A stretch of DNA of 64,000 nucleotides, taken from NCBI GenBank assembly GCA_951406725.2, contig OX597829.1, positions 6,758,001 to 6,822,000 of the forward strand, given 5' to 3'. Origin of the DNA: Octopus vulgaris. Lineage: Eukaryota. Positions 56,105 to 64,000 of this stretch are shown here, piece after piece; the stretch's first letter is position 1; every line of letters begins with the position of its first letter. The notes beneath the pieces were generated by a model. That model ran no database searches. It saw only the letters and a list, made by a program, of their open reading frames with translations, and was not told the origin of the DNA. The translations under genes and the position numbers were made by a program.

Positions 56105-56411
56105 ACAATCATAGTTGTCGGCGAGAATTAGATTTCCTTCACAAATACTTATACTTTTTCCAGCGTCCACTGTCGCTGATATTGAAAAAGTGAAATCAAA
56201 CAATGATAAATATCAAAGTGAGTTATATACAGTAGCGGTAACACATCGTGACGTATATTTGCCATCTCAATATGGCTACCCCTAAGGGTGGATGCTACTG
56301 TAGTTTTTAGCCCCAGGAGGACACACTCCTCCAGCTTGCCATAGACACACTTTCTGTGTCCTGTCAGTATTTGCAAAGGGAAGTCATCCTTCCCGTCTTC
56401 AACTTATGATA

Positions 56412-56456
56412 CACACGGACTCGAGTTTCGAAGTATTGACCTCTCGTCAGCGTGTG
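56412..56456 (-). ncRNA. Type I hammerhead ribozyme (array copy 2)
   Basis: Identical motif to copy 1. Confidence 0.92.
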
Positions 56457-56763
56457 ACAATCATAGTTGTCGGCGAGAATTAGATTTCCTTCACAAATAC
56501 TTATACTTTTTCCAGCGTCCACTGTCGCTGATATTGAAAAAGTGAAATCAAACAATGATAAATATCAAAGTGAGTTATATACAGTAGCGGTAACACATCG
56601 TGACGTATATTTGCCATCTCAATATGGCTACCCCTAAGGGTGGATGCTACTGTAGTTTTTAGCCCCAGGAGGACACACTCCTCCAGCTGGCCATAGACAC
56701 ACTTTCTGTGTCCTGTCAGTATTTGCAAAGGGAAGTCATCCTTCCCGTCTTCAACTTATGATA

Positions 56764-56808
56764 CACACGGACTCGAGTTTCGAAGTATTGACCTCTCGTC
56801 AGCGTGTG
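56764..56808 (-). ncRNA. Type I hammerhead ribozyme (array copy 3)
   Basis: Identical motif to copy 1. Confidence 0.92.
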
Positions 56809-57237
56809 ACAATCATAGTTGTCGGCGAGAATTAGATTTCCTTCACAAATACTTATACTTTTTCCAGAGGTCAATACTTCGAGAGGTCAATACTACGAGA
56901 GGTCAATACTTCGAAACTCGAGTCCGTGTGTATCATAAGTTGAAGACGGGAAGGATGACTTCCCTTTGCAAATACTGACAGGACACAGAAAGTGTGTCTA
57001 TGGCCAGCTGGAGGAGTGTGTCCTCCTGGGGCTAAAAACTACAGTAGCATCCACCCTTAGGGGTAGCCATATTGAGATGGCAAATATACGTCACGATGTG
57101 TTACCGCTACTGTATATAACTCACTTTGATATTTATCATTGTTTGATTTCACTTTTTCAATATCAGCGACAGTGGACGCTGGAAAAAGTATAAGTATTTG
57201 TGAAGGAAATCTAATTCTCGCCGACAACTATGATTGT

Positions 57238-57282
57238 CACACGCTGACGAGAGGTCAATACTTCGAAACTCGAGTCCGTGTG
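57238..57282 (+). ncRNA. Type I hammerhead ribozyme (array copy 4)
   Basis: Same motif on the plus strand; predicted cleavage after GUC at 57276. Confidence 0.92.
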
Positions 57283-57487
57283 TATCATAAGTTGAAGACG
57301 GGAAGGATGACTTCCCTTTGCAAATACTGACAGGACACAGAAAGTGTGTCTATGGCCAGCTGGAGGAGTGTGTCCTCCTGGGGCTAAAAACTACAGTAGC
57401 ATCCACCCTTAGGGGTAGCCATATTGAGATGGCAAATATACGTCATATATATATGTATATATATATATATATGTATATGTATGTATG

Positions 57488-57518
<31 letters not shown>

Positions 57519-57939
57519 GGATGTATATGTATATATATGTATATATATATATATCTATGTATATGTATATATATATATATCTATATAGATATATATATCT
57601 ATGTATATGTATGTATATATATATATGTATTTCAACTACATTATGGCTCAAAGGTAACTGTTTACTCAGCTCTCCCATGGTCTCTTTCTCAGCTCTACCC
57701 GCCCCTCCTCCGTTTCACACCTAGGGAGATTTTTGATCTTGATCACCAGCTTGGCCTTCGTGTATGAATAGTACCAATAATATATTAAGTTAAAAACCAT
57801 CTTGCATGAGAGAGTCGAAAGTACACACACGTTTCGAACACACATCTTGTGTATAAACGTAAAAGGAAGTGTATCTCTGTTTCTCTGTCTGTCAGTGTGC
57901 GTGCGTGCACATACACTTTATATATATATATATATATAT

Positions 57940-58213
57940 CACGTGACCACGTGACCGACCAGGCAATCAGATGTTGCAACACCTCGCTGGTCACAATGCG
58001 CTTCGCATTGTTTTAGCCTTCAAATGACGCCACCCAGCTGGCTAAGCGAGCAGGCCAACAGAAGAAAGATTGAGAGAAAGTTGTGATGAAAGAGTACAGC
58101 AGGGATCATCACCACCCCCTCCCGGAGCGTTAGGTGTTTTCGCTCAATAAATACAACCGCGATTCTACGACTGCGAGTCCACTACCTAAACCACTGGGCC
58201 ATTGAGCCTCCAC
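57940..58213 (-). mobile_element. SINE with a B-type head and body but a different 3' tail
   Basis: 58065-58213 matches B (gtggaggctcaatggcccagtgg...ctgctgtactctttcatcacaactttctctc); 57940-58060 is unrelated to the B tail. Confidence 0.8.
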
Positions 58214-58244
58214 ACACAAACACACACACATATATATACATAGG

Positions 58245-58291
<47 letters not shown>

Positions 58292-58755
58292 TATATATAT
58301 ATGTAAATAATATATATATATATGTATATATATATACATATATATATATATATAAGTTTATATATACACATATATATATTTGCATATGTGTGTATATATA
58401 TATACATATACATATATATACATAAATATTTGCATATGTGAGTGTGTGTATATATATATATATATACATATAGATAGATACATACATACATACATACATG
58501 CATATAGATACAAACATACATACATACATACATACATGCATACAGCAATAATGGGCTATATACATTTATTTATTATAGGTATACAGTTGTTTGAGATATG
58601 CGTTTGCGTGTGTTTACGGTTCAATCTTATCACTTGATCGACTGAAAATATGGGGAACAATAGAGGGAGAGGGAGAGTGAGAGAGTGAGAGAAAAAGGTA
58701 CGCACACGTACACATTTCTGTCTATCTATATATTCGCCCTTCCTTCTCCATTTAA

Positions 58756-58815
<60 letters not shown>

Positions 58816-59358
58816 CTCATACATGTGTATTTTAGACTGAGATGTTCATATGTTCAAATGTACATAAATACATACACCTACCTACTTGTATACGTAAAAT
58901 AATCCCATTCACATCGCAAAATCATCTCAAACACATTCCGAGAAGTACATAAATAGACTAACTTTACGACTACGAGCATCTATGCACCCATACACATACC
59001 TCCATCTGTCTTTCAGCCAATAGCAACTCTAATTCTTTTGTTAATTTTGCTGAAAATAAACAGAGTTTTTATAGTTAATAATTAAGATTACTTCAGAATG
59101 CAATGGCGCTTTGTCACAGACCCATTGAGGTGCGTATAAATAGCATTGGTGCTAGCTGAATTCTTGTCAATTCTCGAAGAGGAAGTTAAGTGCTCCAAGA
59201 TATATTAAGGCTGTTGATTCAAGTTATATTAAGAACAGCATTAAACATCAAAGTTCTACGACTAGCCTTTCTCAATATCTCTTTCTATTTCTCTCTACCA
59301 ATCTCTTCTTTATTTTCCTCTTTCTCTGTGTAGCACCATCTTTTCGTAACTTATATCT

Positions 59359-59394
<36 letters not shown>

Positions 59395-60034
59395 AGTGGC
59401 TTTCATCTCTGTCAATTTCTTTCCTATTTTCTGTATTTGTGTATCAGCTTCTTTCTCTGCCTCTAACGTCTCAGTTTTAGTATGTAGCGCCCCCCTCCCT
59501 CTCTCTCTCTCTCCCTTTCTCCCTCACTCTCTTCCTCTTATACATAATCTCCTATTGATATATGAGCGGCGTTTCTGCTGTCTCGCCCGCCTTCTCTGGC
59601 AACTACTTGAGGCTATCAGATAAATGGACTTACACGAAATGAAATCTTCTATTTCGTTAGGTTTCCTTACGCATGATTGGCAATTTAGACGGAAGATGCT
59701 GTCCGACCGTTTCAGGTCCGTCTGTCCGACTGTTGAAAGGTTCATAATGGTTTTTAGTTTGTCAAGTGACCAATACTATTTTATATTATCAAACCAGTAA
59801 ATGAAACACGCCCCGAAACTACGTCACTGAATGCACATACAAGATCATTATGCATGTATCACACACATACCCGCATGCATAAGGAAAGAGTCACGCGTAC
59901 ATACAGATATACAAATACACACATACATATACATATATGTGTGTGTGTGTGTTTGTTTGTATATATGTGTGTGTGCCTGCATATGTGCTTATATTCATAC
60001 ATACATACCTATATACACACACACACACATACAC

Positions 60035-60067
<33 letters not shown>

Positions 60068-60412
60068 CATAGATGCACCATTCATACACACAAACAGACA
60101 AACAAACAAACTGAGCGAGGAGCAATGGAATCAAGCCAGTAACGAACGCGTGAATGGATGATGATACCACTGCTCCTAACGTTTAAACAATACACGTACA
60201 TTGAGTACTTTAATCAGATAATGTTTAAATTAAAAAGTGTTTCGATAGCAAAATCTATTTTGCTCATGCAGCTCCATGGCAAATCAGAAAATTCATTTTA
60301 GTCAACCTGAATATGCTACCGGATAGAGATTTCGATTTTATTTTGCAAGTGACTCGAGTTTACGGTTTTGATTACCTGCAACTAAAGTGAAATACTTATT
60401 AACCACTCCCGT

Positions 60413-61295
60413 GCGAAAAGGTATCAAAGGGTTCACGGACTGGTTAGGTTTGATAAAAAATAACTTAGTCTCCTAAGTTTTAACAAAAGTTCCTTCGTAT
60501 TAGTCACATCGCGCTGCAGTGCACCGTTCCCAGCGTTCCTGCCTATTTAGGAATCCGGCCTGAGAGTTGTTTTCCGTAAGCCAGTCGATGACCTTCAGTG
60601 ATTCGCTCTGGATCTCGATAACGGGGTTAAAACGGCGACCTTTGAGCCGCATTTTTATCTTGGGGAATAGATGGATGTCTCTAGCGAATAGGGTGGATGC
60701 GGAAAAGATGCCATTCTGTTTTGGCGAGAAACTCGCGGGTTAGGCGAGCTCAGTTACAGGGGGCATTGTCGTCGTGAAGATCCTAATTCCTTGTGCTCCA
60801 CAGATCCGGTTGCTTTCACCGAATGCCCTCCCTCAAACGCTTCAAAATGTCACATCAGAGCTTTCGATTAACGGTCTGGCCACGGGGGCCGAATTCTTGA
60901 TGCACAAAACCACATTTTCGGGGGGTGACGATCAAGGCAGGTGTTCCAGCGACGTTCTTCCGCTTTTGAAGTTCCTGTGCTACTAGAAATGTTGCGTGCG
61001 ATCCATTGCCTCGTCGCCGTAAGCTTGCTGAAGCATATTTAATGTACCTGTAGCAGACTTATTAAGTGTAACGCAAAATTTCTCGTTGGCTCCTTCTTCT
61101 TGTCCATAACAAAATCGCAGACTACAGTATACACGTAATCACAAAATGACAATTTTCCCAATTTGCGAAGACAGCGATGTCACTTGGCACACTGCGTCAT
61201 GAAGATCATTGCTAGCCCTAACGACACACGCAGCTGTGTGCTGCTATCTGTTGGTGTACTACTGAACAAGACCGGAAACGTTTTCATACCTTCTG
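60413..61295 (-). mobile_element. Internally deleted, decayed mariner element with degenerate TIRs
   Basis: Minus strand: MLQQAYGDEAM...FKSGRTSLE (N-terminus), LHDDNAP, PHPPYS, HLFPKIKMRLKGRRF, ERWERC. Ends aaggtatcaaagggttcacggact and agaccggaaacgttttcatacctt are imperfect inverted repeats. Confidence 0.85.
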
Positions 61296-61504
61296 AAGCC
61301 ATTTTTCTTGTCATAGCTTGTCATAGCTCTGGAGTAAATCTCTTTTTGTAACACTGTATGCATTTAAAGATACTTCTTCCCTACTGATAAATCGCAGCTT
61401 CCGGTGTTTAAATAACATAGGTATGTGAGTATGGGGTAGCGTTAATGTGTACATTCCAAAGCTGTTTCAACTGCATAAGCTGAATATATATATATATATA
61501 TATA

Positions 61505-61544
<40 letters not shown>

Positions 61545-61721
61545 TGTGTATACACACAATTATAAGATTATATATAGATATATATGTGTGTGTATATATA
61601 TATATATATATACGTAATATATATTATATATATATGTACGTATACATATATGTATAGATGTGTACGTATATATGTGTGTGTGTACGTACATATATACGCA
61701 CACAAATATATGATTATATAT

Positions 61722-61783
<62 letters not shown>

Positions 61784-61797
61784 GTATATGTATGCGC

Positions 61798-61847
<50 letters not shown>

Positions 61848-63221
61848 AAAGGGTTTTCAAAATGATGGTGTAGAGCGAATCATAATCATGTAAAGGAGTT
61901 CCAACTTCATATTTCAAGCAGCAGTTAACAGGAAGTTTAAATACAATTGATTGTTAAAATAAATGAGATTATACAATATAGTTCGTACATTAACGATACA
62001 TAGTTTTTTTTATTTTTTATTTTGATGTATTATGAAAGAAATACTTTTTTCTTTAATATCTAAAGTGATGTTTCTGTATTGGTGTGAGTTTTGCATAGCA
62101 TTTAACATTTCATTTACTCAGATACTTTTTTTTCTCAGCTTTCTACCCACTCGGCCGAGAATTGCATTATATTGACGTGTTGCTAGTGGAGGTGTGGTGG
62201 TGGTTTGAGGTACTATTATTTTCCTTTACGCTGTTGCTTTTTTGGTCCGCTTGGGTTTGGTTCCATGGAAGTTAACACGTACAACTTTTGAGATGATGTT
62301 CGTGACTGTAACTTCGACGACGTTGAGCAACCTAATAGTTATGATCTTTTCAGAATACGCATAAATTTTAGATGAGTCTTCAGGCCTATAAATTCGTCCA
62401 ATAAAGGATTAGAGACATCGGCATGGTAGTTCCCTGTTAGAATGATCCAAGATAACTTCCATCTATCTAGATTTGGGGTTAAAACATATTCGGTGGCTAA
62501 GTGCTCTAATCAAGCTAAATCAATTTAATTGATACGGCTGTGTTGATTATTGATCCTAACTAACTGTTTGCCAGCCACTAACTACATGTTTGCCAGCCAC
62601 TCAAATTGTCTAAGGTAAATAAACCTACGGTGGGACAGCAAATCAAAGTATATAAACTACTAATTTAAGAGAATAAATTGAAAAATCGTTGTAAAGTTCA
62701 GAAATGGTCCACCTATCAGCCAAAACCACCTTGAAAAATTAAATCCTCACATCCTTTGACGAAAAAAAAAACGGGGTCTTTTATATGATTGTAGCTTTAA
62801 TTAAGGAAGCTGTTTAGTGGACGCAGCTGAATGGTCTGAATAGAGAGCCTTTCCTTCCAATGCAAATCCTCGTTAAATTCTTCAGGTTCGCATAAAGAGA
62901 GAGGTAAGGTAAAGAGCAAATTTTATGAAAGACGGGCAGGAATATTGTAATTGGTGAGGACAACATGAATTTGCGGATTGGCATATCTGCTCTGCATAAT
63001 CCTACTTGGTCTCCCCCAACCGTTTCGGAGATTATTTTTGTGATTTGTTACTCTATTCTGTTATGGATTTTTATTATTATATGTTATCTTCTATATCTTT
63101 GTTGTTTTGATCTTGTAAATCACCTATTGATTTTTATTTATGTATACTTTTGTATTTACCTTTGGACTATCGTGAATGTGACAGGCCCTTCGGACATTAA
63201 AATACATTATTATTATTGTTA

Positions 63222-63548
63222 GGTTACGCTACCTGCAACGATTTTTAGACGGTGAGAGTGTGTGGGCTCCGTTTGTGAGGTTCGTCTTTGACGGACTTGC
63301 TGTCCTGGGTGAAGAAAAGACCGAGGCTAGGCGCCTGACGCTTAGAATGTCGTCAGGCTCTCACAGCCCTCACTTCCAGTCTGGCAGTGGGATGGATGGA
63401 TGGATGTTCCACTTTAGAAATTTATAGAGGATAAGTGGTGGGAATTGCGATGACGTTCTCAGGAAAACTCAGGGCTCCGACGAAAACGAACTGGTCAGTT
63501 TGTTCCGCAGGGCTTTCCTGTCAAAAACTATCGTGGACAATTTCTAGA
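63222..63548 (+). pseudogene. Probable Tx1/L1-like LINE ORF2 post-RT fragment
   Basis: LRYLQRFLDGESVWAPFVR, ECRQAL, STLEIYRG, LVSLFRRAF...DNF. Family assignment from general resemblance only. Confidence 0.45.
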
Positions 63549-63910
63549 TATGCTTGGTCTGGCAGTGATTAATATAGGGATAATCATTTGTAATGATGAT
63601 TGCACCGCCACCTTTCTTCAATCGGGCAGGCAAGGTAGTTTTCCTTTGCCTTGTGGTTGGACAAGGCTGTAAGGTATGAGAAAAGATATATTCCTCTTTG
63701 GTAGAACTCCCATTGATTTCAAGTTTCCCTTGGAAAGGAAATTGAGACTGGAGAGGGAAGTGCTGTCCTCGGCTGAGTTTATTGAAAAATAGGTGAAAGG
63801 GGCGAAAATGGTAAGTGTAGACCTGTAAATCGGAAGGAATGAATTGTAGAGGGAACTTGCTCTTGGTGTTCAGGGACAGTTGAGTTCTTCGATTATCTCT
63901 GGAGGCCATC
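63545..63910 (-). pseudogene. Probable PLE pre-RT fragment
   Basis: STKEEYI...KKGGGAIIITNDYPYINHCQ resembles the PLE NLTxEE...DKGGAIVIMxxxxY region. Confidence 0.45.
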
Positions 63911-64000
63911 CATTATCAGGAGGGCAACATCTCTATCATCCTCCACACTTTTTGTTTAAACCTTTGTACACTATGTATATTTCCCTTCCTTTTCATTGAA

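Larger units (their letters stand above)
55851..57445. mobile_element. Head-to-head tandem array of a ~352-bp hammerhead-containing unit (retrozyme or non-autonomous PLE-like)
   Basis: Left arm 55851-56867 has units starting at 55851, 56200 and 56552 (349, 352 and a partial 316 bp). Right arm 56895-57445 is the reverse complement (~1.6 units). Copies are nearly identical and both flanks are TA-rich microsatellite. Confidence 0.93.

Noticed and set aside
56015-57330. Repeated 62-75 aa ORFs (MQILTGHRK..., MFDFTFSIS...) in the array
   Set aside because: They start at non-ATG codons, have no recognisable motif and recur only because the unit repeats; the conserved signal is RNA structure.
55851-57445. 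CRISPR array, SECIS or HDV-like ribozyme interpretation of the unit
   Set aside because: There are no unique spacers. The ATGA lies in the loop of a GGGAAG/CTTCCC hairpin with no SECIS 3' arm. The GGCCAGC...TCCTCC block lacks HDV P1' and P1.1 partners.
59136-59144. TATAAATAG as a TATA box
   Set aside because: Expected by chance in AT-rich DNA, and no linked gene was identified.

Overview
Repeat-saturated, AT-rich animal genomic DNA with no host protein-coding exon I can support; nearly all listed ORFs are translations of microsatellites. The SINE families and microsatellite density suggest an octopus or other cephalopod (inference). The window contains many tRNA-headed SINEs of several modular families and decayed LINE fragments (CR1/L2-like, R4/Dong-like, Tx1/L1-like). 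It also holds Penelope-like (PLE) RT fragments, two mariner remnants, a pogo/Tigger-like end, a Helitron-like end, a 5S rRNA-like copy and two long palindromes. The main finding is a young array of a ~352-bp non-coding unit at 55851-57445. Each full unit carries an intact type I hammerhead ribozyme, and the array forms two head-to-head arms with a stuttered ribozyme helix at the junction, inside a TA-rich microsatellite. This looks like a retrozyme or non-autonomous PLE copied from a circular or multimeric RNA. A diverged relative lies at ~23450-23740, and several unrelated hammerhead-like motifs occur in other microsatellite-embedded repeats. All structures were read by eye.
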